A stretch of DNA of 64,000 nucleotides from Terriglobales bacterium (lineage in GTDB: Bacteria > Acidobacteriota > Terriglobia > Terriglobales > Acidobacteriaceae), in the NCBI GenBank assembly GCA_036268595.1, contig DATATW010000063.1, forward strand, positions 37,486 through 101,485, given 5' to 3'. Position 1 is the first letter of the stretch; each line of letters opens with the position of its first letter. The notes beneath the pieces were generated by a model. It saw only the letters and a list, made by a program, of their open reading frames with translations. It did no database searches and was not told the DNA's origin. Positions 44,043 to 52,897 of this stretch are shown piece after piece. The translations under genes and the position numbers were made by a program.

Positions 44043-45158
44043 ATGAACTTCACCCGTCGTGAGGTACTGAAGGGGATTTCGATATCCGCAACCGCCGCCA
44101 CACTTGTTTCGTCTTCCAGCCTAAATTCCGCCGCCGCTACGCCTCAGGCACAGTCGAATTCTGTGCCGTGGCCTAAGCCGATTGGCAGTCCGGTAATAGA
44201 CAGCTTGCGGCCGGTCATAGAAAAGTCTCGCGACGTGCGGACGCATTACGACAAAATTATCGAAGTCGCCGGGTGGATGGCTTATGAAGACTTGCCGATG
44301 CCGAACCTGACGGTGCCTTACGGGCTGCATAAAACGCCTGACGTCGCCATGGATTTCATCATGGTGGGGAACACAATCGACACGGCGTTTACCGACTTCA
44401 AAACTCACGTCAAGTTTCAAATCGATTACAACGGAGAACATCTTTCGGATTCGGACGCGATGTTTGCCTGCGTAAAGCGGGCCATGGACGGCGGCATTCC
44501 GATACTGGACGGCAAATTTCTAGCCAGGCTGACGCGCGCGGACATGGAGAAGATATTCGCCGGGAACATCGAAATGCCGATGCTCGACGAAAAAATGGAG
44601 CTGCTTCGCCAGGCCGGGGGCATTCTGGCTGCGAAATATAACGGCCGCTATTACAACTTTATTCAGTCGTGTTCGCCTCGCCTGTATGACAAGGGCAATG
44701 GCTTGGTTGAGCGGCTGGCGGCAGAGTTTCCCCGCTATAACGACGTCAGTCAGTATGACGGGCACGAAATAAAATTTTATAAATTGACCCAGCTGGGTTT
44801 CTGGCAGATCTATTCAGGGCTGAAACCGGCCGACGTTTTTCACATCGAAGACATCCAGAAGATGACCGCGTTTGCGGACTACATTGTGCCGGTCGCGCTG
44901 CGGCTGATGGGTATGACCAGCTATTCGAGCCAGCTGGAACACGCCATCGATACCTATCAGATGATTCCGCGCGACAGCACGCAGGAGATCGAAATCCGCG
45001 CTCATTGCCTGTATGCGACCGCGTTGCTGACCGATGAAATTAATAAGCTGCGGCCGGCCGATCGGCAGATCATCATTCCGCAAATCGATGCGCGGTTGTG
45101 GACGCATTATCACACCACAACCTGGCCGCATCACCTGACCCGCACGATAATGTATTGA
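44043..45158 (+). CDS. Queuosine-salvage family protein (DUF2419 / QNG1-like) with a Tat-type signal
   Basis: 'MLDEKMELLRQAGGILAAKYNGRY', 'FYKLTQLGFWQIY', 'TAFADYIVPVALRLMG' and 'QEIEIRAHCLY' parallel the human QNG1 (C9orf64) motifs I recall. The N-terminus is 'MNFTRREVLKGISISATAATLV'. Confidence 0.8.
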   Translation: MNFTRREVLKGISISATAATLVSSSSLNSAAATPQAQSNSVPWPKPIGSPVIDSLRPVIEKSRDVRTHYDKIIEVAGWMAYEDLPMPNLTVPYGLHKTPDVAMDFIMVGNTIDTAFTDFKTHVKFQIDYNGEHLSDSDAMFACVKRAMDGGIPILDGKFLARLTRADMEKIFAGNIEMPMLDEKMELLRQAGGILAAKYNGRYYNFIQSCSPRLYDKGNGLVERLAAEFPRYNDVSQYDGHEIKFYKLTQLGFWQIYSGLKPADVFHIEDIQKMTAFADYIVPVALRLMGMTSYSSQLEHAIDTYQMIPRDSTQEIEIRAHCLYATALLTDEINKLRPADRQIIIPQIDARLWTHYHTTTWPHHLTRTIMY

Positions 45159-45206
45159 ACTGCTTTACCTTTTTCAGGAGGCCGTTCTGTTTTGCGAATG
45201 CTTCGG

Positions 45207-45599
45207 TTAGTTCACTGTCAGGGTGAGCACGCTGCTGGTGCCTCCGCTCGAGCAACCGACATCGCTGCTGTTGCCACTCGGAGTGACAACTTTGACGGGC
45301 ACTTTTCCCGGGCCGGAGATCACGCTGCTGGTGAGCATCAGCTGTAATTGCTGGGCGCTGGTTGCGGTCGCGGCCAGAGTCTTGCTGTTGATCACAATTT
45401 CAGAGGCGGGAACAAATTGGCTGCCAGTTACGGTGAGCTTCACGCCTTGTTGCACTTCGGCGTAAGTTACGGTGCTGGGGGAAAGCGATGCTACCACCGG
45501 AACAGGCCGGGCGCTGCCGCAAAGTGGGTTCAGGGTATTGTTGCAGCCGGTGAGCAAGGTTAGCGGGGCAAGGGCGACAAACCACAGACGTGAGAGCAT
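45207..45599 (-). CDS. Lipoprotein with IPT/TIG-like Ig-fold domain
   Basis: It has the lipobox 'LTLLTGC' and 'SLSPSTVTYAE...VKLTVTGSQFVPASEIVINSKTL...VPVKVVTPSGNSS'. Confidence 0.6.
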   Translation of the reverse strand: MLSRLWFVALAPLTLLTGCNNTLNPLCGSARPVPVVASLSPSTVTYAEVQQGVKLTVTGSQFVPASEIVINSKTLAATATSAQQLQLMLTSSVISGPGKVPVKVVTPSGNSSDVGCSSGGTSSVLTLTVN

Positions 45600-45894
45600 G
45601 GGAGTACTCCTTAGTGGGGATCAACTTGCATCGATCTGAGTTGCAGAACCCTCGTCTGGAAAATTAGTTTCGCGTTGGCGGAAAAGTTCTTTGGCAGGAA
45701 TGTTGGAACAAGACAATGTGGCTGGTCGAGAGTGGTTGGGCGCTAGCCCGCCACCAACACGTGGGGACACGCGCACTCGGCGTCCGGGCCGCGCGGAAGC
45801 TCTGCGCTCTTAACCGGCGTTGGTGAAGCCATCAACGATGTGGGTGGGACACTCTTGTCCGAGGACTGTGCTTTTCGCAGCGACTGAAGTCAAT

Positions 45895-46389
45895 CTACTT
45901 GGCTGCCGCGTGGTGGTCATAGCTGATCACCCGGGTGACCTTCCAGGCGCCGTCTTTGAATTGCCAGAGATGAATGAAGTTGGCTTCGCCGATTCCGATG
46001 GCGTCTTCCTGCCCGGGATGGTGGAATCGGTGCACGCCGGTTTCAAGCGCGCCGTATCCTTTCATGGGAAAGATTTGCAAGGTTCCAGGCACGAGTTCAC
46101 GCGTGACTTTGCCGCAAATGTTGTTCTTGATGGCTTCGGTCAGGGGCGCCCTGCCGAAGATGTTTCCAGCCTTGTCGTGGTAGAACTCGATGTTTTCGTC
46201 AATGAACGAGGCAAACTTCTGCAGGTCGCAGTGGTTGTAGGCGTCGAATAAAGCGGTGTCCAGCGCGGTTATGGTTTTCTCCAGTTCTGCTTGATTAGTG
46301 ATTTTGTCGAGCGGCAGGATTTCCTGGGCGCGGGCCAAAACTGAAAGTGTGAGAAGGGAAGTAAAGACTAGCAATTTTATCCGGGTCAT
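45895..46389 (-). CDS. Secreted SnoaL/NTF2-like (DUF4440-type) protein
   Basis: The start is at 46389 ('MTRIKLLVFTSLLTLSVLARAQE'). It contains 'ALDTALFDAYNHCDLQKFASFIDENIEFYHD' and 'WQFKDGAWKVTRVISYDH'. The track ORF's 69-codon extension is rejected. Confidence 0.65.
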   Translation of the reverse strand: MTRIKLLVFTSLLTLSVLARAQEILPLDKITNQAELEKTITALDTALFDAYNHCDLQKFASFIDENIEFYHDKAGNIFGRAPLTEAIKNNICGKVTRELVPGTLQIFPMKGYGALETGVHRFHHPGQEDAIGIGEANFIHLWQFKDGAWKVTRVISYDHHAAAK

Positions 46390-46648
46390 TGGTCTCGCCT
46401 TCGGTTTGAGTATCGGTGACGTGAGAACAGCCGCCCTCGGCCGTACACCTGAAAATAATACGAAGGCATTGCAGGAAATGTTCCCAGGCCGATAGAAGGC
46501 AAATGCGTCGCGGAAAAAAGTGTCCGCTGACTTCAGGGCAGCCGATCCAGACGACCGGAGACCGAGGGCCGAGCACGGCGTCTGACTAAACGGCAAAGCT
46601 GGCGGCTGATAGCTGAAGGCTCATGGCTACTGAGCTATACTGACGTTA

Positions 46649-48019
46649 ATGTCAGCGGCGCCCCAGAAGACTTTCTACCTCGAAACTTTCGGCTGCCAGA
46701 TGAATGCCCACGACTCCGAAAAGGTCGTTGGCACGCTGGTTTCGCAGGGGTACCGCCAGGTCCCCACCGTAGAGGAAGCCGGGTTGGTGCTTTACAACAC
46801 CTGCTCCATCCGCGACAAGGCAGAGCAAAAAGTTTTCCATCGCCTGGCCGACTACAAAAAGCTCGAAGCGCAAGGCAAAAAATTCGGCGTGTTGGGCTGT
46901 GTGGCGCAACAGGAAGGCGAAAAGATTTTCGAAAAGGCGCCGCACGTTTCGCTGGTGTGCGGATCGGCTTCGTATCGCAAATTGCCGGAGATGCTGCTGC
47001 AGATCGAAAATGCGCCGCGGCAAACAGGGAAGTTCGACGTCGCAAAACGCGTGCGTGTCACCGGCCTTGACGATCGCGAAACTGATGAGTGCTTTGAGAC
47101 TGAGTTCACCGCGCGCACCAATCCGTATCGCGGCTACATCACCATTATTGAAGGATGCGACAAATTCTGTTCGTATTGCGTGGTGCCGTTCACGCGCGGC
47201 AAAGAGCGCAGCCGGAGATCAGACTCAGTGCTCGCCGAAGCTCGCCAGATGGCCGATTTGGGCTATACCGAGATTCAGTTGCTCGGACAGAACGTGAATT
47301 CATATAAAGATTCGGCAGGGAAGCGAAGCTTCGCGGAATTGCTGGCGGCGGTGGGCGAAGTTTCAGGCATCCGGCGTGTGCGATTTACCACGTCGCACCC
47401 GCGCGATTTTGGCAAAGACATTATCGACGCGATCGATGCCGTGCCAACACTGTGCGATCACGTGCACCTGCCAGTGCAAAGTGGATCGACTCGCGTGCTC
47501 GATGCCATGCAGCGGCTTTACTCTCGCGAACAATATCTGGAACGGATTGCCTGGATGAAAGCGGCGCGGCGGGAAATCAGCATCACCAGTGATACCATCG
47601 TCGGCTTTCCCGGCGAGACCGAAGAAGACTTTCAGCAGACGCTTTCGTTGCTGGATGAAGTCGAGTACGACGCGGTGTTTGCCTTCAAGTATTCGCCGCG
47701 CCCGAATACGCCATCTATAAAGATGGAGGACGCGATTCCGGATGAGGAGAAGTCGCGGCGCCTGGCCGGATTGCTGGAGAGACAACGCGCAATCCAGAAG
47801 CGACGAAATCAAAAGCACCTTGGCGAGACAATTGAAGTAATGGTTGAAGGGAAGAACGAAGCCCGCGGCCAGTGGCTGGGCCGGACATCACAGAACAAGA
47901 CCCTGAACTTCGTCGCGACTGATGGCCGAAGCTTGGAGTTTGGCAGCTACGTACCAGTGCGTGTAACCACCGCCTTGCCGAACAGTCTGGTCGGTGAGAT
48001 GGTGGAGGAGAAGCATTAA
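46649..48019 (+). CDS. miaB: tRNA-i6A37 methylthiotransferase
   Basis: It has 'ETFGCQMNAHDSE', the radical-SAM motif 'GCDKFCSYCVVPFTRG', and a C-terminal TRAM-like region. Size is 456 aa. Confidence 0.93.
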   Translation: MSAAPQKTFYLETFGCQMNAHDSEKVVGTLVSQGYRQVPTVEEAGLVLYNTCSIRDKAEQKVFHRLADYKKLEAQGKKFGVLGCVAQQEGEKIFEKAPHVSLVCGSASYRKLPEMLLQIENAPRQTGKFDVAKRVRVTGLDDRETDECFETEFTARTNPYRGYITIIEGCDKFCSYCVVPFTRGKERSRRSDSVLAEARQMADLGYTEIQLLGQNVNSYKDSAGKRSFAELLAAVGEVSGIRRVRFTTSHPRDFGKDIIDAIDAVPTLCDHVHLPVQSGSTRVLDAMQRLYSREQYLERIAWMKAARREISITSDTIVGFPGETEEDFQQTLSLLDEVEYDAVFAFKYSPRPNTPSIKMEDAIPDEEKSRRLAGLLERQRAIQKRRNQKHLGETIEVMVEGKNEARGQWLGRTSQNKTLNFVATDGRSLEFGSYVPVRVTTALPNSLVGEMVEEKH

Positions 48020-48140
48020 CCACGAAGGACACGAAGTAACACGAAGGAAGACATTTGGCTCATGGGGTTACGGGCAAGTGCAAGAGATAGGCTTTTGTTT
48101 ACAGTTCTTGTTTACCTCGTGAACCTTCGTGCCCTTGGTT
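48018..48140. repeat. Imperfect inverted repeat of (CACGAAGG)-type stutter words
   Basis: The left arm is 'aaccacgaaggacacgaagtaacacgaaggaag' and the right arm is 'cctcgtgaaccttcgtgcccttggtt'. It belongs to the same word family as 21276-21357. Confidence 0.8.
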
Positions 48141-48161
48141 AAAGGGTTTTGAGGAGCTCCA

Positions 48162-48644
48162 ATGGAAGTAGAAATGAAAATTCGCGGCTTGCTGATGGAC
48201 CCGGTCACCAACACTCCCATTGTGATTCTTCGCGACTCCGGCAGTGAGACCGTCCTGCCCATTTGGGTGGGGGTTTACGAAGCCAACGCCATCGCCCTCG
48301 AGATTGAAAAAGTAAGCACCCCGCGTCCCATGACCCACGATCTTATCAAGAACGTCCTCGCCGGCCTCGACGCGCGGGTCCACAAGGTAGTTGTTACCGA
48401 ATTAAAAGAAGACACCTTCTACGCCGTAATCTGGATGGAGCGCGACGGCAAAATCATCAGCGTCGACTCGCGTCCTTCGGACGCGCTCGCCCTTGCGCTA
48501 CGCGTCGATTGCCCTATCTTCGTAGAAGAAGAAGTCCTCAAAACCTCCAAGAAAGCCTCTGCCACATCTGAAACCACCAGCGAAGAACTCCGGAAATGGC
48601 TGGAAGGCCTAAACGACGAAGACCTCGGCCATTACAAAATGTAA
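48162..48644 (+). CDS. Bifunctional nuclease-family protein (DUF151/BFN)
   Basis: 'PIVILRD...VLPIWVGVYEANAIALEIE...RPMTHDL...FYAVIWMERDG...VDSRPSDALALALR' is the typical BFN core. Confidence 0.8.
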   Translation: MEVEMKIRGLLMDPVTNTPIVILRDSGSETVLPIWVGVYEANAIALEIEKVSTPRPMTHDLIKNVLAGLDARVHKVVVTELKEDTFYAVIWMERDGKIISVDSRPSDALALALRVDCPIFVEEEVLKTSKKASATSETTSEELRKWLEGLNDEDLGHYKM

Positions 48645-48706
48645 GAAGATGCTGGGCGAAGTGGCGGTGTGAGGGCTCTATCTTCGGTGAAAAGATGGGA
48701 GACTGA

Positions 48707-48838
48707 AAGCCCCACTTCTCGCTGGACGCAAACGTTCTGACTGCCTTAGCTTGGCCAGCACACGGGAAACTCGCAACGTTCGATCAGGGGGTGGGGTCGA
48801 CGGGAAAGGCGAGAGGCGCAGTCGAATTGATCGGCTGA
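48707..48838 (+). pseudogene. PIN-domain (VapC-like) toxin remnant with internal deletion
   Basis: The short frame reads 'SLDANVLTALAWPAHGKLATFDQGVG...VELIG*'. An N-terminal PIN motif (LDxNVL) appears fused directly to the C-terminal 'A..HG.KLATFD.G' motif. Confidence 0.4.
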
Positions 48839-48902
48839 CCGCAATCTCACTTTACATAATACTTGTTATCGGACATTGACTATGCTCTGGTGTGCGGCCC
48901 AG

Positions 48903-49508
48903 TCACCCCTCTAGATTCCTTCGCAATTCCTCTACTGAAAACCTCTCGCCAGCATGTATCGCGGCGCTCAATGAGTGGCGGGGATCAGGATCGAAAGACA
49001 ACGAATAACCCGCATGGCGGAACAGTTTGGCAGCGAAGGTCTTGATATCCGGTTCGAGCGATTCACGCGTGGCTTTGTCGTTGGGAGCTAAAAGACGGTC
49101 GTTGATTATCAATTGGAGATCCTGACCATTAAAACTCAGGCTTTGATTCACTCGCGTATCTGCTTCTAGACGCTGGGCCGCGATCAGGGCTGCGCGCGTG
49201 GCTTGGACCAGGCGTTCGAGGTTCGTGCCCGGGACCGGAGATTTCCGGTTGTAGCGAAGGCCCAGGCGCCCGTCGGTCTGATCCAGGCTATAGTCAGCTT
49301 CGTGGCCGATGAGCATCAGGCCGGGTCCGTGGTGGACATGGCGGTAGTCGGCGACATCGATAAGCAGCTCATTGAAAACCTGGTTCTGTATCCAGCTGTG
49401 GAAGATGGGGATGACGGACGCTAGATCGGCACCTGAATCCTTCAAGTAAAGCTTTATGTTTATGTGCTGGAGGTCGATGGCGGTTTCTTCTTCTAATATG
49501 GATCGCAA
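48903..49508 (-). CDS. Conserved hypothetical protein downstream of the sulfite reductase gene
   Basis: The 201-aa ORF has normal composition and is co-oriented with the gene at 49598-51889. I recognised no motif. Confidence 0.5.
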   Translation of the reverse strand: MRSILEEETAIDLQHINIKLYLKDSGADLASVIPIFHSWIQNQVFNELLIDVADYRHVHHGPGLMLIGHEADYSLDQTDGRLGLRYNRKSPVPGTNLERLVQATRAALIAAQRLEADTRVNQSLSFNGQDLQLIINDRLLAPNDKATRESLEPDIKTFAAKLFRHAGYSLSFDPDPRHSLSAAIHAGERFSVEELRRNLEG

Positions 49509-49597
49509 ATTGTCGCTCCTTCGGCGATTATCTGACCGTCGTTGGTAGCAGCACGACTAAAAGTCGTGCCTTTCCCGTTCGTGCTGTGAAGCAAGCC

Positions 49598-51889
49598 TCA
49601 CACCGCCACCGGTTTTCCCAGACGGTTGTTGCAGCTGTGGGCGGCGTCGATGAAGAGTTGGGCTTCGTCGATCAGGTAACGGCTCGACTCTTCGGTGTAT
49701 GGCTGAGCGGATTGTTCGTGTGCGGCGAACAGATAGCCGGCAAATTTGCCGCCCGCAAATGGATCGAAAAATACCTTCGTATCGTAGTAGCGCTGGCGAA
49801 AGTCGGCGACGATTTGATCGGGGTCATCGGAGACGTCTGGATTCTCCAACTGCACGAGCGCCCTGGCGGCGGTCAGCATGGAGCGATACGCGGATGTGCC
49901 GGCCCCTGAGGCTTCGCCTTTCTCAAAAGCCAATTGCGCTTCGAACAATTCCCTTTCAGCGGCGGCCAAGCCGAACTCGATTAGCGAAACGACTTCGCCG
50001 GCGCACTCACCTTCACCCATGTCGCCCAGCGTGTATTCGCGGACATCGCCCCAATCGCTGAAAAAAGAGCGGTCTCCTGCGACAGGACGCGTCAGGTCGT
50101 CGAGCATGTTCTTCAGCTCCGCTTTGCCGGTGCGCTTCACAAAGTCTTTGAAGACCTCGCCGGTCTGCCGATCAGCCAGATAGCGCTCGGTGAGGCGGCT
50201 GACAACTTTCGGGATGTTTTTCGAAGGCACGGCCACGACGGGAAGCCCATAGGAGCCGGCGTTCTGCTCCCATTGGCCACCGAGCACGACTTGAAAGTGC
50301 GGCACCGCATGGCCTGCGATCTTACGGCTGACGCCATAGAAACCCAGATCGGCGACGTGGTGCTGGCCGCAGCTGTTGAAGCATCCGCTGATCTTAATGT
50401 GAAGTTTCTGCACGGCTTCATCTGACTGAAAGTTTTTCTCTTCGACCTGCCTTCGTAGTTCGGCGGCGAGTCCCCGGGAAGATGAAATTCCGAGTTTGCA
50501 GGTGTCCGTCCCTGGGCAGGAAGTGATGTCGACTAATGCACCGGCCCCCACATTGGCCAAGCCCACGGCGTTGAGTGCCTTGAAAAGATCCGGCAGATCG
50601 GCTTTGCTGACCCAGCGAATGGCGAAATTCTGCTCGACGGTTGTGCGAATGGTTTCCTTGGTGAAGCGACGAATGATGTCTGCCAAGGCGCGCAATTGGT
50701 TGGCGGTAATATCGCCCAGCGGCAGGGCGACGGTGACGGTAACGTGATCGGGCTGGCGCTGCGGTCGAATATTAAACTTCAACCAACGCTTGAAGTTTTC
50801 GGAATCGCCATTCAAGTTGCCGATGGTGACTAGCTCCGAGATATCGATGCTCTGGGATGAGGCTTTAAGCGGCGCCTCGTGAAATTCAGCACGGGCTTCT
50901 TCGATATAGCTTACCCACCGGGAATCGAATGGCAGCACTTTGCGTTCTTCGAACACCAGCTCACGAAATTTCTCGATGCCGAGATCCTGAATCAAAAACT
51001 TGATGCGGGCGCGATTGCGGTTCTTCTTTTCGCCGAGGCGCGCGAAAACCCGCGCGGTGGCCTGAGTAAGCGGCAGCAGCTCTTCTGGCGGAACGAATCC
51101 ATCCAGGAGTTTGGCGTGATAGGGCACAGCGCCCAGGCCTCCGCCAACGTACATTTCGAAACCGAGCTCTTCCCTTCCCGTAGATTGGTTGACCCGGGTT
51201 TTCGCGATCAGGCCGAGATCGTGCAAGCTGGTCAGGCCACAGGCGTGCTGGGCGCATCCACTGAATGCGGGTTTGAATTTACGGCCGAAATTCTGGCAGT
51301 CGGGATGCCCGAGCAGAAATCGCGAGAGTGCGCGGGCGTAAGGGGTAACGTCAAAACTTTCATCGGTGCAGACGCCAGCATATGGGCAAGCAGTGACATT
51401 GCGGACGGAGTTCCCGCAGGCCTCGCGGGTTGTGATGTTGGCGGCGGCGAGCCGGCGCATGAGGCTGGGCGTGTCGTCGATGTGAACATAGTGCAGTTGG
51501 AAGTCCTGGCGGGTGGTGACGTGCGCGATGCCGTCGGAATACTCCTCGGCAAGCTCGGCCATGGTTTCAAGTTGCGATGCATTCAAGCCGCCGGCGGGAA
51601 TTTTGATACGCTGCATGCCGGGCGCGTCCCACATGGTGTTGGGGCCTTTGGTAAGGTCTCCCGATGGGAAATTCAGCTTCTGGATTTTTTGTCCGTCGTT
51701 GCGTTGGCCATTGTCATAGCGCTGGCCGTAGGCACCACGCCGCAGACGGGTTTCGGCAAAGAGGCGTTCTTCCAGCTTACCCTGTTTGCGCAGCGTGATT
51801 TCGGTCTCGAAGATGTCGATCTCGCGAGCGAGATCTTCAGGCATTTTGCCTTCGAGTTTTTCTTTCCACAGTGAGTTTGAGGATTTCAT
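49598..51889 (-). CDS. Sirohaem/[4Fe-4S] sulfite (or nitrite) reductase, ferredoxin-type, with ~170-aa helical C-terminal extension
   Basis: It has the two-repeat NiR/SiR architecture, with 'TTRQDFQLHYV', 'ACGNSVRNVTACP', 'SCPGTDTCKLG' and 'SGCFNSCGQHHVADLGF'. Size is 763 aa. Confidence 0.88.
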   Translation of the reverse strand: MKSSNSLWKEKLEGKMPEDLAREIDIFETEITLRKQGKLEERLFAETRLRRGAYGQRYDNGQRNDGQKIQKLNFPSGDLTKGPNTMWDAPGMQRIKIPAGGLNASQLETMAELAEEYSDGIAHVTTRQDFQLHYVHIDDTPSLMRRLAAANITTREACGNSVRNVTACPYAGVCTDESFDVTPYARALSRFLLGHPDCQNFGRKFKPAFSGCAQHACGLTSLHDLGLIAKTRVNQSTGREELGFEMYVGGGLGAVPYHAKLLDGFVPPEELLPLTQATARVFARLGEKKNRNRARIKFLIQDLGIEKFRELVFEERKVLPFDSRWVSYIEEARAEFHEAPLKASSQSIDISELVTIGNLNGDSENFKRWLKFNIRPQRQPDHVTVTVALPLGDITANQLRALADIIRRFTKETIRTTVEQNFAIRWVSKADLPDLFKALNAVGLANVGAGALVDITSCPGTDTCKLGISSSRGLAAELRRQVEEKNFQSDEAVQKLHIKISGCFNSCGQHHVADLGFYGVSRKIAGHAVPHFQVVLGGQWEQNAGSYGLPVVAVPSKNIPKVVSRLTERYLADRQTGEVFKDFVKRTGKAELKNMLDDLTRPVAGDRSFFSDWGDVREYTLGDMGEGECAGEVVSLIEFGLAAAERELFEAQLAFEKGEASGAGTSAYRSMLTAARALVQLENPDVSDDPDQIVADFRQRYYDTKVFFDPFAGGKFAGYLFAAHEQSAQPYTEESSRYLIDEAQLFIDAAHSCNNRLGKPVAV

Positions 51890-51968
51890 TTTATTAGCCT
51901 TCAGCTATCAGCTCTCAGCCTTCAGTAAAACCCTATGTTGCCTTAGCTGAGGCTCATAGTTGCCCTTG

Positions 51969-52008
51969 AAAACACAAAACCCACCAACCAGTGCTTCTGG
52001 CGGTGGGT
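51969..52008 (-). terminator. Rho-independent terminator (minus strand) after the SRPBCC gene
   Basis: The stem 'acccacc..ccag'/'ctgg.ggtgggt' is followed on the minus strand by 'ttttgtgtttt'. Confidence 0.55.
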
Positions 52009-52212
52009 GTGAGCTTACGAAAATGATTGCTGATTAGCTCGATTTCACCCCGTCCCCAGAAGAGACACGACAGCTACAACAACAGCACATGGCCATCTTC
52101 TGGACGCAGGTATTCAACATTGCTTAAATAGTATCCCCTGTTTGGCGGGCTTAATGCAACTCAAATAAGTGATGGGAGGGTTTGGAAAAACAAATGCTGC
52201 CTAAAATCCCTC

Positions 52213-52740
52213 TTAGGTCAGATATTTCTGCAGCGGCTCCCAATAATGCTCTTTCCACCCATCGGCAAGGTGTTTGGCGAGGCCGACGGGGAAGCCGGTA
52301 TGGTCGAATACGAGCCTGGTTCCAGAGCCCTGGACGTTAAGTTCGAATTTGACGATTGAGTACACGCCGGACTCCCAGTCCACCACGCGCCAGGCCTGAA
52401 CGATTCTTTGGTTGGGAATGAATTCAACGTGGCGCCCGATGATGTGGCCACGAAACAGCGTGAAGGTGCCGCCGAGTTCCCGGCTGATTTCCGTGGGCGA
52501 GTTTCCGAAGTTCGCGGTTTGCATGCTGGGAATCAGGCGCGTCATATCGTCGAATTGTTTGGTGTCGAGGAGCGTGGCATAGATTCTTTTTGGCTCGGCC
52601 GAGAAATTCACTTCCTGATGGATGGCGTCGGCGGTGTGCGAAATTTCGTTGTCCGGTTTCTGCGGAGCGGCGAAGGCGATGCCCGAGAGACCGATGCCCG
52701 AAGCGATTTGCAGTGAGAATTGACGGCGGGTGAAGGTCAT
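52213..52740 (-). CDS. Tat-exported SRPBCC (AHSA1/START-like) protein
   Basis: The start is at 52740 ('MTFTRRQFSLQIASG', a Tat motif) with AAGGGG upstream. The SRPBCC-like core reads '...GGTFTLFRGHIIGRHVEFIPNQRIVQAWR...GTRLVFDHTGFP'. Confidence 0.7.
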   Translation of the reverse strand: MTFTRRQFSLQIASGIGLSGIAFAAPQKPDNEISHTADAIHQEVNFSAEPKRIYATLLDTKQFDDMTRLIPSMQTANFGNSPTEISRELGGTFTLFRGHIIGRHVEFIPNQRIVQAWRVVDWESGVYSIVKFELNVQGSGTRLVFDHTGFPVGLAKHLADGWKEHYWEPLQKYLT

Positions 52741-52897
52741 AAATTCCCCTTTTTTGTAAGGGGCAGGATAGCGCAAAAACTGTATGGCCGTGTCATGGGA
52801 TGAAATCCGAAGTCAAGAGCCCGCACCGCAGACGGCAAGAGTTCCCACCCTTTCGCAAAGAACGCGAAGATGGGGCACGCTCCGCTCTCTATGGGTG

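Noticed and set aside
50879-51874. 331-aa plus-strand ORF.
   Set aside because: It is an antisense shadow of the sulfite reductase gene.
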